From: Candidatus Poribacteria bacterium | GTDB lineage: Bacteria; Poribacteria; WGA-4E; PCPOR2b | DNA: 64,000 bases | Assembly (NCBI GenBank): GCA_965208325.1 | Contig: OZ242326.1 | Span: forward strand, 896,001 to 960,000 | Direction of reading: 5' to 3' | Shown: positions 27,424 through 37,197 of the stretch, piece after piece | Position numbering within the stretch: position 1 is the first letter of the stretch | Layout of the letters: each line of letters opens with the position of its first letter | Program-made: the position numbers and the translations under genes | Notes under the pieces: model-generated | Databases searched by the model: none | The model's input: the letters and a program-made list of their open reading frames with translations, nothing else | Told to the model about the DNA's origin: nothing

Positions 27424-28347
27424 ATGGAAAACGGCTCGGCTTCGCTTGAAACAAACGTAGCGGGCATCCAAATGAAAAACCCGGTCATGACGGCTTCGGG
27501 GACATTTGGCTACGGCAACGAATACAGCGACTTCATCGATCTGAATCAACTCGGCGCAACGGTTGTCAAAGGCATTACGAGCGTACCTTGGCCCGGCAAC
27601 CCGATGGAACGAATTGCCGAAACGCCGTCAGGGATGCTCAATGCAATCGGTTTACAGAACGTCGGTGTAGACGGATTCATAGAAAAAAAGCTACCCTATC
27701 TCCGGAAATTCGATGTCCCCGTTATCGTGAATATTTGCGGTGAGCGGCGGGAAGAGTACGAGGAGGTCACGGAAAAACTGAACCTCACTGATGGGGTCGC
27801 TGCGGTAGAACTCAACATCTCTTGCCCTAACCTTCATTGCGGCGGAATGAGTTTTGGCGTTGACCCCGAATTGACCCATCAGCTTGTCAAAGCCGTGCGG
27901 GAAAAAACCGCGCTGCCGCTGCTCGTGAAGCTTTCGCCCAACGTCACGGACATAACTGCCATTGCCGCCGCCGCCGAAGATGCCGGTGCTGACGGACTAT
28001 CCGTAATTAACACGGTACTGGGTATGGCGATTGACGTAAATACACGGCAGCCAATGCTACAGAATGTTACTGGCGGGCTGTCTGGCCCGGCGATAAAGCC
28101 GATCGCGTTACGCATGGTCTGGCAGGTCTATAATGCCGTTAAGATACCCATCGTCGGCATGGGCGGAATTATGACTTCTGAAGACGCGCTCGAGTTTTTC
28201 ATTGCGGGCGCTTCCGCGGTTGCAGTTGGCACAGCGAACTTCGTCAATCCACGAGCCCCATTGGACATCATCCACGGCATCCGCGCCTATTTGGAACAGA
28301 ACGGGATTAGGTCGATTGCGGACCTGGTGGGAAGTTTGCAAACGTGA
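27424..28347 (+). CDS. pyrD: Dihydroorotate dehydrogenase (class 1B)
   Basis: 'NPVMTASGTFG', 'LNISCPN', 'KLSPNVTDI', 'GGLSGPAIKP'. Confidence 0.97.
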   Translation: MENGSASLETNVAGIQMKNPVMTASGTFGYGNEYSDFIDLNQLGATVVKGITSVPWPGNPMERIAETPSGMLNAIGLQNVGVDGFIEKKLPYLRKFDVPVIVNICGERREEYEEVTEKLNLTDGVAAVELNISCPNLHCGGMSFGVDPELTHQLVKAVREKTALPLLVKLSPNVTDITAIAAAAEDAGADGLSVINTVLGMAIDVNTRQPMLQNVTGGLSGPAIKPIALRMVWQVYNAVKIPIVGMGGIMTSEDALEFFIAGASAVAVGTANFVNPRAPLDIIHGIRAYLEQNGIRSIADLVGSLQT

Positions 28348-28396
28348 ATCCCGCCGCACATAAAATCATACTTGTGCGAAAATTGAGGTTGAAGCA

Positions 28397-29485
28397 ATGC
28401 GTCATTTCATAACACTCGATGACTTATCGAATTTTGAGATTGAACAGATCTTTCGACTTGCGGATCAGATGCGGACACAGATAGCAACTTGGTCGGGGTT
28501 TTGCAAAGGCAAATTGTTGGCAACGCTTTTCTATGAGCCGAGCACCCGGACTAGGCTGTCATTTGAAAGCGCCGTGGAACGCCTCGACGGGCGGGCAATC
28601 GGCTTCGCTGATCCGCATGCCGCATCCGTCGCCAAGGGCGAAACCATCGCCGATACAGTGCGCATGGTCGCCAACTATTCGGATATCATCGTTGTTCGCC
28701 ACAACTGGGCGGGTTCCGCACGAGTCATGGCGTGTTATTCTACCGTACCGGTCATCAACGGCGGGGATGGCAGCCATCGCCACCCCACGCAGGCGCTCAC
28801 GGATTTGTATACCATACTACAGCGGAAAGGCGGCATAGAAGGCATTAAGGTAGGCATCTGCGGTGATTTGCGCTACGGCAGGTCTGCCCACTCGCTTGCA
28901 CTTGCGGTGGCGCGATTCGGCGGGCGTCTCGTCCACATTGCCCCCCATGGCTTTCAGATGCCTGAGTGGGTTCTTAGCCGGGTGAAACATCTTTACGGCC
29001 AGGAACCGCTTGAGCGGGGTCATCTCAGCGATGTAATTGGTGAGCTTGATGTCATCTATGTCAATCGGCTTCAGCAGGAACGCCTGCCTCCGGAAATTGA
29101 TCGGGAGGCGGCAAGTAAAAGCTATCTCGTGAACTCTGCGGTGATGAGCGGCGCAAAATCCGATGCCATCATCATGCATCCACTGCCGCGAGTTAATGAA
29201 TTAGCTTATGAATTAGACGCCGACGGACGCGCCGCTTATTTTGAACAGTCAGCGAACGGAGTTCCCATTCGGATGGCACTGATTGCGAGCCTGCTAGGAC
29301 TAGAACAGTTAATTTTGACCCAACCGCCAGAGAGAAAAATCGCATCTGATAATCGTTCTTGTGATAATCTCAACTGCGTCACTGCCCACGAGCACTATCT
29401 GGAACCCGAAACTGAGATGATTACAGACGATTTGACGACTGCTGTATGTGCGTATTGCGGCGCTATCAAACCTGTGACGATGTGA
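28397..29485 (+). CDS. pyrB: Aspartate carbamoyltransferase with C-terminal PyrI-like zinc domain
   Basis: 'FYEPSTRTRLSFE', 'HPTQ', 'MHPLPR'; C-terminal 'CDNLNCVT...CAYC'. Confidence 0.95.
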   Translation: MRHFITLDDLSNFEIEQIFRLADQMRTQIATWSGFCKGKLLATLFYEPSTRTRLSFESAVERLDGRAIGFADPHAASVAKGETIADTVRMVANYSDIIVVRHNWAGSARVMACYSTVPVINGGDGSHRHPTQALTDLYTILQRKGGIEGIKVGICGDLRYGRSAHSLALAVARFGGRLVHIAPHGFQMPEWVLSRVKHLYGQEPLERGHLSDVIGELDVIYVNRLQQERLPPEIDREAASKSYLVNSAVMSGAKSDAIIMHPLPRVNELAYELDADGRAAYFEQSANGVPIRMALIASLLGLEQLILTQPPERKIASDNRSCDNLNCVTAHEHYLEPETEMITDDLTTAVCAYCGAIKPVTM

Positions 29486-29509
29486 AGGGAATACTGCCGA
29501 CGCAACTCC

Positions 29510-30961
29510 ATGAACCGTGTTTTTGAAAATACTTCTGCGCTGTTTATCGCCCAACTCATTGGCCGCATCCTGTCCTTTGGCCTGATGGCTATCCTGATGC
29601 CTCGCTACTTCACAGAGGCGGCATTGGGCAGTTACATCACGGCGATGTCCCTTACCAATTTAATCGCCGTCCTTGCCGAATTGGGTATGCAATCTCCGTT
29701 AATCCGTGAGATGACATTGCATCGCAGACAGGCACGCCATTTCTTGGGGAACGCATTAATTATAAGAATTCTCTCGTCGATTATTGCCTTTGGGTTGATG
29801 GTCGGAACCGGCTATGTGATTGGTCATTTGCTTGACTTGCAGCAAAATTTTTTGCGAATGATTCTACTGCTCGGTTTAGCTGATATCATTAACTCAACCG
29901 CTCTACTCTTCCGGTATGTTTTTCGCGCGTTTGAACGGATGGGGTATGAGGCACTCACGGTAGTAGTGGAGCGTTCATTAGTTGTCTTCGTTGGAGGCGT
30001 GTTTATTGGGTTGGGGATGAATCTAGTTAATTTCTGCGCTGTGGTGTTAGTTGCAAGCATCTTCAACCTCCTCCTCAGTATCGGCATTGTTGCTAGAAGG
30101 TTCATTCCGCTGGGATTCCATGCCGATCTGGGGATTTGGAAGTCGCTGATGCGCCAGGCTTTGCCCTTTGCGGTCGGCAATATCTGCAACCTAATCTACT
30201 TTCGAATTGACAGGGTCCTACTCCCCATATTAAGTCCGCATGGGGTTACTGCCAACGCCTGGTACGGTTTAGCGTATTCACTAGTGATTGCTTTCACGAT
30301 ACTGCCGGGAGCATTCATGGGTGCAATGTTCCCGGTGATGGCGCGGACTTTTGTGGAAAAACGGAGGGAATTTGGCGGCATTTACACCGACGCCCTTCGA
30401 TGGATGTTTCTGGTAGGCGTCCCCTTCGCTGTCGGGATGGCAACTTTATCGGAAAAAATATCTTCCGTCCTATTTCCGAATTATGAATGGACCGCCATTG
30501 CCCCCGCTTTGCGCCTGTTGAGTTGGTCTGCGGGACTGAGTTTCCTTACAACTGTCGCAGTCTCAGTGCTGCGGGTTACTGACAAACGCCGCGCTTTCTC
30601 GATTTTTATGGGAACAACAGCTTTTCTCAATATTGCGTTAAATCTGATTCTCATCCCTCGCTTTAACCACGTCGGCGCAGCCATGGCGATGATCATTAGC
30701 GAGGTGTACCTCTTTATCGGGAGTTTTATTTATATAACCCTGCGAATTTCGAAATTAACCTACATCAGTTTTGCAATCAAAACGGGCATTGTTTCCGCAC
30801 TGATGGGGGCAGCCTTGATGTTTCTTCGAGACCGCTTTTCAATCTGGCTATTGATTCCGTGTGCAATGATATTTTATCTTGCCGCAATGGCCGCCGTTGG
30901 AGAACTCAGACGGGGTATAATCCCAAAAGGAATGGAACTCACGGATGAATCGTCTTTTTAA
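29510..30961 (+). CDS. Wzx-like flippase / polysaccharide biosynthesis MOP-family transporter
   Basis: ~14 TM helices; 'LIYFRIDRVLL', 'NIALNLILIPRF..VGAAMA'. Confidence 0.88.
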   Translation: MNRVFENTSALFIAQLIGRILSFGLMAILMPRYFTEAALGSYITAMSLTNLIAVLAELGMQSPLIREMTLHRRQARHFLGNALIIRILSSIIAFGLMVGTGYVIGHLLDLQQNFLRMILLLGLADIINSTALLFRYVFRAFERMGYEALTVVVERSLVVFVGGVFIGLGMNLVNFCAVVLVASIFNLLLSIGIVARRFIPLGFHADLGIWKSLMRQALPFAVGNICNLIYFRIDRVLLPILSPHGVTANAWYGLAYSLVIAFTILPGAFMGAMFPVMARTFVEKRREFGGIYTDALRWMFLVGVPFAVGMATLSEKISSVLFPNYEWTAIAPALRLLSWSAGLSFLTTVAVSVLRVTDKRRAFSIFMGTTAFLNIALNLILIPRFNHVGAAMAMIISEVYLFIGSFIYITLRISKLTYISFAIKTGIVSALMGAALMFLRDRFSIWLLIPCAMIFYLAAMAAVGELRRGIIPKGMELTDESSF

Positions 30962-30989
30962 TCTTCTCTTTTTATAGGGTGCGTTATCC

Positions 30990-31484
30990 TCAGGATTCTC
31001 TGTGAATTTCAAAGGTCTGTATCACTTCATTTGCTAGAAGCCGCTGAGAAATTATTTCCAGCTTTGCTCGATCTAAACTGCCTTGTATCCAGTATTTTTC
31101 TCCGGTCTGCGCAGCCTGAACGCCCATAATATTCGCATCACGAATTCCTTTGAGGACGCTATCGCCAACCGCATCTGTCACACCGGACTTAAATCGAATT
31201 TCTATCGCCCAGGTGTTTGTAAGTAAAGCTGAACGAACACCTTGCGAAGGCAAATTATCCTTGATTTTCCTGTAAACGTAACGCTGCGTTACCGGATCCG
31301 CAAGGAGATTGGAACAGATACACTCAACCGCTTGTGAATCGATATTTCCTTCAATCCAATAAATTTGCGCGGTACGAACCGAGGTAACACCAGCGATGCC
31401 CAAGTCGGCAATATCTTCGAGGATGCTTTTCCCAACAACATCTGGTGCATCGGACTTGCCGCAAATTTCAATCTTCCATTTCAA
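30990..31484 (-). CDS. purS: Phosphoribosylformylglycinamidine synthase PurS-like protein with two tandem PurS domains
   Basis: Two copies of 'D.VG.S....I...G...V.....Y.I.G......I...LLA(D/N).V.Q'. Confidence 0.75.
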   Translation of the reverse strand: MKWKIEICGKSDAPDVVGKSILEDIADLGIAGVTSVRTAQIYWIEGNIDSQAVECICSNLLADPVTQRYVYRKIKDNLPSQGVRSALLTNTWAIEIRFKSGVTDAVGDSVLKGIRDANIMGVQAAQTGEKYWIQGSLDRAKLEIISQRLLANEVIQTFEIHRES

Positions 31485-31579
31485 TCTTTAGGTCTCCTGA
31501 TTGAACATCCCGATCCGCCGGCTGCTTGGCTGTTGCTAGCCTCGTACATTTAATTCATTGAATCATTAAGGAGTAAAGC

Positions 31580-31855
31580 GTGCCGACCGAAAAAGCTAAC
31601 GCACGAATTCTCATGATTATTGTAAGTGTAATTGGACTAATTTTTGCCATTGTTATGGTAATCCTGTTCTTCAACGCGGCTCCCGCGCTTTCTGACCTAC
31701 CAGAACACCGCACCTACACGGACGCTCCCGCGTGTTTGAAATGCCACCTAATCGGGGATGCAAAAGAATCGCCTACCATGCCCCACATTAACGTTGGCGC
31801 CTGCCATCTCTGTCACAGTCTCGCTGAAGAACAACAGGAAGGTGTGCCGCAATAA
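31580..31855 (+). CDS. Small membrane-anchored diheme c-type cytochrome (NapB-like)
   Basis: N-terminal TM helix; CLKCH and CHLCH; AAGGAG RBS. Confidence 0.75.
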   Translation: MPTEKANARILMIIVSVIGLIFAIVMVILFFNAAPALSDLPEHRTYTDAPACLKCHLIGDAKESPTMPHINVGACHLCHSLAEEQQEGVPQ

Positions 31856-32069
31856 CCAATTGCACATTCCAAACCACATCAACAGCCGTATCCGCACTTT
31901 AGCATATTTGACCAAATAATGCAAGTGTCGGGCCGCAATTGCATCTTCGAAGGCGACACCGATAATCTACCGATTTCACAAATGGCGCGAGACATGTTGT
32001 TCATCGCACGACATAATACCCATTCTGAAACTAGACGCTGCGGCGGGGGTAAGCGCGGCGGATTTTCTG

Positions 32070-32097
32070 TTGACGCCGACTTGCAAATGGGTATAAT
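32070..32097 (+). promoter_or_regulatory. Putative sigma70 promoter of the lsrF-ADH operon
   Basis: TTGACG-16 bp-TATAAT. Confidence 0.6.
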
Positions 32098-32167
32098 GGA
32101 CTTGCGCGTTCGACTGTTTCAAATCGTTGAAGAATAAAATAACCAAAAAACCTGGAGGACACCGTAG

Positions 32168-33025
32168 ATGAATTTTGGAGCCTTGGGTTGGGGCAAAACA
32201 AACCGGTTAGCACAGATGTTCAAACCCAATCAGGACGGAGAATATCATACCGTCATGTTGGCAGTGGACCACCCGTATTTTTATGGGCCGACCGAAGGAT
32301 TAATCGATCCGAGAAAAACAATACGTCCAATTGTCCCCTATGCAGATGCTATCAGCCCTGCAAAAGGTACGCTCGAATACTGCTTGGACCCGTTCGTAAC
32401 CACACCCGTAATTTTAAGGGTAACCGGCGGCAATAGTTTGACGAGGCGCGACGAATTATCTAATGAACATATTATAACGTCCGTAGATGAGGCGGTAAGG
32501 CTGAATGCAATTGGGGTTTCGGTCTCAGTGTACATTGACAGCGATCATCAAACGCAAACCATCAAAAATCTTGGGACGTTAGCGAACCAAGCCAGTAAAT
32601 ACGGCTTATTAGTATTAGGCATCACCGCTGTGGGGGCAACATTAGAGCAGCGAATTAAAGGCGAAGGCGCTGGAGATGACACGTTTGATGCCGCCAGATA
32701 TTTTGCCCATGCGGGAAGAATTATCCAAGAAAACGGCGCGGATATTGTCAAAACATATTATTGCGACAATTTTGAGCAAGTTAGGGAGGGGATTCAAGTT
32801 CCCATTGTCATTGCAGGCGGAAAGAAGATTCCTGAACAAGAAGCGTTGGAATTCACCTATAACGCGATCAGTGCAGGTGCCAACGGCGTCGATATGGGGC
32901 GGAATATTTTTCAAGCGGAAGCGCCCGCCGAAATGATACAAGCTGTCAAGTCAATCGTCCATGAAGGAAAAACGCCTGATGAAGCAATGGTTATCTATGA
33001 TGAACTCAAACAGGGGACACCGTAA
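32168..33025 (+). CDS. lsrF: LsrF-family class I aldolase/thiolase
   Basis: 'WG..NRL', 'VMLAVDHPYF.GPT.GL', 'GADIVKTYY', 'VIAGGKK', 'GVDMGRNIFQ'. Confidence 0.85.
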   Translation: MNFGALGWGKTNRLAQMFKPNQDGEYHTVMLAVDHPYFYGPTEGLIDPRKTIRPIVPYADAISPAKGTLEYCLDPFVTTPVILRVTGGNSLTRRDELSNEHIITSVDEAVRLNAIGVSVSVYIDSDHQTQTIKNLGTLANQASKYGLLVLGITAVGATLEQRIKGEGAGDDTFDAARYFAHAGRIIQENGADIVKTYYCDNFEQVREGIQVPIVIAGGKKIPEQEALEFTYNAISAGANGVDMGRNIFQAEAPAEMIQAVKSIVHEGKTPDEAMVIYDELKQGTP

Positions 33026-33029
33026 GAAG

Positions 33030-34067
33030 ATGAAAGTCGGGATGTATTATAATAACAACGATGTACGGTTAGAAAATATGGCGGTTCCAGCCATCGGCGA
33101 CAGCGACTTGTTGATGGAGGTGAACGTGAGCGGTATTTGCGGCAGTGACATAATGGAATGGTACCGCATCCAGAAAGCGCCGTTGGTGTTAGGCCATGAG
33201 GTGACCGGTAATGTTGTCGAACTGGGAAAGAACGTCAAAGAATACCGGGTAGGTGACAGAATTTTTGCCACACACCACGTTCCGTGCGATGATTGCCATT
33301 ACTGTTTACGCGGCCATCATACCGCGTGCGAAACATTCCATTCCGAAAACAACTTTGACCCCGGCGGTTTCGCGCAGTATTTAAGAATTACAGGGAAAAG
33401 TGTAACGAAAGGGACATTAAAACTGCCCGATAGTGTCTCTTTTGAACAAGGAGCCTTTATCGAACCGCTTGGTACGGTGGTCAGGGGGAGCAGGGCTGCA
33501 GAAGTGCAACCGGGCGATAGTATGCTTATCCTTGGAAGCGGCCTAGTCGGACTGCTCCATATAAAATTAGCGCGTGCGGAGGGTGCGGGGCGAATTATCG
33601 CAACAGACATGCATGAATCACGTTTACGGTTTGCGGAGGAGATTGGTGCAGACCATACCATTGACGCTAGTGCGGATGTGCCAAGTTTGGTTCGCGAGGT
33701 CAATGAAGGGAATCTTGTTGACAAAGTTATCGTCTGTACGGGCGCATCATCAGCCGCAACTCAGGGGCTAAAATCGGTTGATAAGGGAGGAACAGTGTTG
33801 TTTTTCGCTGTTCCCAAACCGGGGGTGCCCATTGCAGTTGACATCAACGCGTTTTGGAGGGATGATATCAGTGTTAAAGTAAGTTACGGTGCGGGGCCGG
33901 CAGACAACGAACAAGCACTATCACTTATCAGCGCCGGGAAGGTCACTGTGACCGACATGATTACACATCGGTTAAGCCTTGATGCCATCGGAGAGGGTTT
34001 TAGGCTGGCAAACGAAGGCGCGGATAGCCTCAAGGTCATGATTGAACCAAACCGGAGTGGAAGCTAA
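33030..34067 (+). CDS. Zinc-dependent alcohol/polyol dehydrogenase (MDR family)
   Basis: 'GICGSD', 'LGHE', 'CDDCHYC...C', GxGxxG. Confidence 0.9.
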   Translation: MKVGMYYNNNDVRLENMAVPAIGDSDLLMEVNVSGICGSDIMEWYRIQKAPLVLGHEVTGNVVELGKNVKEYRVGDRIFATHHVPCDDCHYCLRGHHTACETFHSENNFDPGGFAQYLRITGKSVTKGTLKLPDSVSFEQGAFIEPLGTVVRGSRAAEVQPGDSMLILGSGLVGLLHIKLARAEGAGRIIATDMHESRLRFAEEIGADHTIDASADVPSLVREVNEGNLVDKVIVCTGASSAATQGLKSVDKGGTVLFFAVPKPGVPIAVDINAFWRDDISVKVSYGAGPADNEQALSLISAGKVTVTDMITHRLSLDAIGEGFRLANEGADSLKVMIEPNRSGS

Positions 34068-34178
34068 ATCACGGCGCCGAACTAAAGGTTGCTACAAGGA
34101 GGGCATAACCCAATTCAGCAAGTAACTGAAAGTCGATGGAAAAGATGCCGCATAACCCGCTTTCGAAGGGTACGGATT

Positions 34179-35417
34179 TCAAAATTCTTCCTGCAGTTTC
34201 GGATGGTTATCAAGCACTTTGATGAGCGTTCGTACGAGTTTTTCAGGGTCGTGGCGGATTACCGTTAGGGGAACTCCATTCTCAACAATAACCGTATCTC
34301 GAATAAGATCTGATTCCACAACGCGGATATCACCGAGATTGTCCTGACCGCGGTCGTAGAAGATTTGCACCTTGGAGGGATCTGCCATCTGCTTGGTCTC
34401 ATCAGAGAGTTGCGAAATATGTTTGGTGAGATTAAGCAGCGAATCCGTAACATGTTTCGGATGTTCTTGCAGCGCGGAAAGAGCTTCTTCCGTGTGCATC
34501 TTAATGCGTGTAAACTGCTCCATGAGCTCCTTTTGGACATAGTTGTTGATTAGTGTTTCAGGAGCAGGTTGATTATTCGCGATAATATAATCTATTGAAA
34601 GATTTGCATGATTGATGATTGCTTGCACGTGGTCGCTGACTGAATAACCGTCAGTTTCGCCCGGCTGAGACATCACGTTGCAGATGTAAACTTTCATCGC
34701 TTTCGACGATCGGATTGCTTCGGCGATTCCCTTGACGACAAGATTGGGCATGATGCTGGTGTATAGGCTTCCGGGGCCGATTATAATGACATCGGCATTT
34801 ACAATTGCGTCGTCAGCCTCTTGATTGGCAGTGCATTGATATGATTTGTTCGGTGGGTGATGATTCTTGCCGTTCTCGCGGGGTTCAAGAAATATCCGCC
34901 GTATTGGTTCCCGATTCTCACGCTCCGGAATTTTGGATTCTCCGCGGACTATCTCGCCATCGGCGAGTTCCGCGCACAATACGGTGTAATTCAAGCTAAC
35001 GGGGATGATTTTCCCGCGTACCGCGAGCAATTTTGATGCTGCCCGGATTGCTTTTGGGAAACTGCCGCCATTCAATTCGGTGAGGGCGGTTAAGAGTAGG
35101 TTGCCGACCGTATGTCCGCCGAGATGGCCATCATTTGAAAAGCGGTATTCAAATAGGCTGTCTAGCTCATCTGCCTCGGACAGGGCAACCAAGAGTTTAC
35201 GAATGTCACCCGGCGGCGGCACATCAAATTCCTGGATTAATCTTCCGCTGCTGCCACCGTCGTCAGAGACCGAAACTATTGCTGACAGATTGTCAATATC
35301 AATAATTCCTGTCCGCCCGGGCGTCCTGTCTGTGTATTGTTTAATCCCACTTAAGAGAGACGATAATCCTGTTCCTCCGCCTATACACACGAGCCTTAAT
35401 GCGCTTCCACCTTCCAT
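34179..35417 (-). CDS. yvcK: YvcK/GlmR family UDP-GlcNAc-binding gluconeogenesis factor
   Basis: 'IGGGTGLS', 'SDDGGSSG', 'PPGDIR', 'GPGSLYTSIMPNL', 'QPGET', 'RHDP'. Confidence 0.92.
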   Translation of the reverse strand: MEGGSALRLVCIGGGTGLSSLLSGIKQYTDRTPGRTGIIDIDNLSAIVSVSDDGGSSGRLIQEFDVPPPGDIRKLLVALSEADELDSLFEYRFSNDGHLGGHTVGNLLLTALTELNGGSFPKAIRAASKLLAVRGKIIPVSLNYTVLCAELADGEIVRGESKIPERENREPIRRIFLEPRENGKNHHPPNKSYQCTANQEADDAIVNADVIIIGPGSLYTSIMPNLVVKGIAEAIRSSKAMKVYICNVMSQPGETDGYSVSDHVQAIINHANLSIDYIIANNQPAPETLINNYVQKELMEQFTRIKMHTEEALSALQEHPKHVTDSLLNLTKHISQLSDETKQMADPSKVQIFYDRGQDNLGDIRVVESDLIRDTVIVENGVPLTVIRHDPEKLVRTLIKVLDNHPKLQEEF

Positions 35418-35622
35418 AACGCCCTCCCAAAATGAGTTTCAACGGTTTTTGCTTTTGAACCGCCGCGAAGCTACGTACCCCAAGCAAAAATTGCGGTTTC
35501 AGACCGCAAGCCCGATACGAACTTTTGAAAATCACTATTCAAAAGGGGCGTATCTGGAAGCGGTAGAATATTCAATATTATCAACGCATCAAAAGTCCTT
35601 GCGTTTCAGTGATAGGAATTCG

Positions 35623-37041
35623 TCAGATGTTCGTTACCTTGCATTCGGAAGAAGCGGACATGAAAACTTTCAATGAATTAAGTGTTGAATCACAAAGCGC
35701 TTCCGCTTGTTCGGACGTGGGCGCCTCGCTGAAAACGCGGATAACAGGCTCAGTGCCCGACTTGCGTATGATGACCCACCTATCGTTCCAAATACGCTTC
35801 AGTCCATCGGTTAAATCGAGCGAAGAACCTTGATTGTCCGGCCAATCCTGACGGTCAAGATAATTTTTTCGGGCGAGTTTCATGACCGTATCCGCGGTTC
35901 GCTGAGAAGGAACCTCCAATTTCTTTTTGCACAATGTGTAACTTGGCATGGCAGCCGCTAATTCCGATATCTTTGAATCACTTGAATCTGAAAGCAATTG
36001 AACGATTGCGGCAATTGAAGCCATACCATCTGTCGTGTATTGGAGTTCCGGATAGATTACACCGCCCGTCCCTTCACCGCCGATTATAGCGTTGGTATGT
36101 TGCATCTTTTCAACGACATAACCGACGCCTACCGCCGTTCGGTGAATTTTGACACCATGCCGATCAGCAATATCATCCAACATACGGCTCGTGGACACTG
36201 TCGCAACAATGTCCCCTTTGCGTTTGTTCAACATGAATTCGGCTGCAAATGCAAAAGTATATTCGCTGCTTAAGGGGATGCCGTCGTCTGTTACAATCAC
36301 AAGACGGTCCGCATCAACGTCGTGCGCGAATCCAATATCGGCTGCTTTAGATTTAACCGCCTGGCACAATTGATTCAATGCGTCGGGCGTTGGTTCTGCA
36401 GCGTGAGGGAAATAGCCATCGGGCACACAGTTTAGTTCGATGACCTGACAACCTAATTCTCTTAACAAGCACGGGCTGATTACGCTCCCGGCTCCGTTGC
36501 AACAATCGATGACAACTTTCACCCTGCGCGAACGCGTTCGAACGCAGCTTATCCAATCGCAATTGAGAATGTTGGCAATATGGTCATTAACTGCAGTATT
36601 GAAGGCTTCAACGCTGCCTTGTTCAGCCCAATTCGCAAGCCTGAAATCCTCGGATTCATAGATGCGCATGAGTTCCGCTAGTTCGGTACGTTTCAAAAGC
36701 CGACCGGATTCAGCCGCGAATTCGAGTCCATTCCAGTCAATAGGGTTGTGGCTCGCTGTTATGACGAGGCTGCCTTGTGCGTTTAATGACTTGGAGGTCA
36801 ACAAGGCAGTTGGCGTTGGGCAGATCCCGGCGTCAACGATTTTACAGCCGGTTGCAATTAGTCCTGCAAGCACCGCATGGCGCGCCATTAACCCAGATGT
36901 TCGCGTGTCTCTTCCGATGACGACAGTTTCGCCGCCCACAAAGGTTCCAAATGCTGCCGCGAACCGCGTCAGCGTCTCCGGATTTAATGTCTCGCCGATT
37001 ATGCCTCGCACTCCTGAGACACTAACGATGAAGTCGCGCAT
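35623..37041 (-). CDS. glmM: Phosphoglucosamine mutase / phosphohexomutase
   Basis: 'SVSGVRG', 'ITASHNP', 'DVDADR', 'GGEGTGG', 'RKSGTEP'. Confidence 0.8.
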   Translation of the reverse strand: MRDFIVSVSGVRGIIGETLNPETLTRFAAAFGTFVGGETVVIGRDTRTSGLMARHAVLAGLIATGCKIVDAGICPTPTALLTSKSLNAQGSLVITASHNPIDWNGLEFAAESGRLLKRTELAELMRIYESEDFRLANWAEQGSVEAFNTAVNDHIANILNCDWISCVRTRSRRVKVVIDCCNGAGSVISPCLLRELGCQVIELNCVPDGYFPHAAEPTPDALNQLCQAVKSKAADIGFAHDVDADRLVIVTDDGIPLSSEYTFAFAAEFMLNKRKGDIVATVSTSRMLDDIADRHGVKIHRTAVGVGYVVEKMQHTNAIIGGEGTGGVIYPELQYTTDGMASIAAIVQLLSDSSDSKISELAAAMPSYTLCKKKLEVPSQRTADTVMKLARKNYLDRQDWPDNQGSSLDLTDGLKRIWNDRWVIIRKSGTEPVIRVFSEAPTSEQAEALCDSTLNSLKVFMSASSECKVTNI

Positions 37042-37197
37042 TTAAATGCCTAACGGTTAAAATGTTGATGCATTCCGGCCGGCTGTTGCGATTGATTCTG
37101 CCGTTCCTAATGCAACAATTCTTGAAAATGATTCATACGGCTTGTAGGTTTGCAAGCTTTGATTCTAAAACTACGGGATTACAGTCACAAAAAAACG

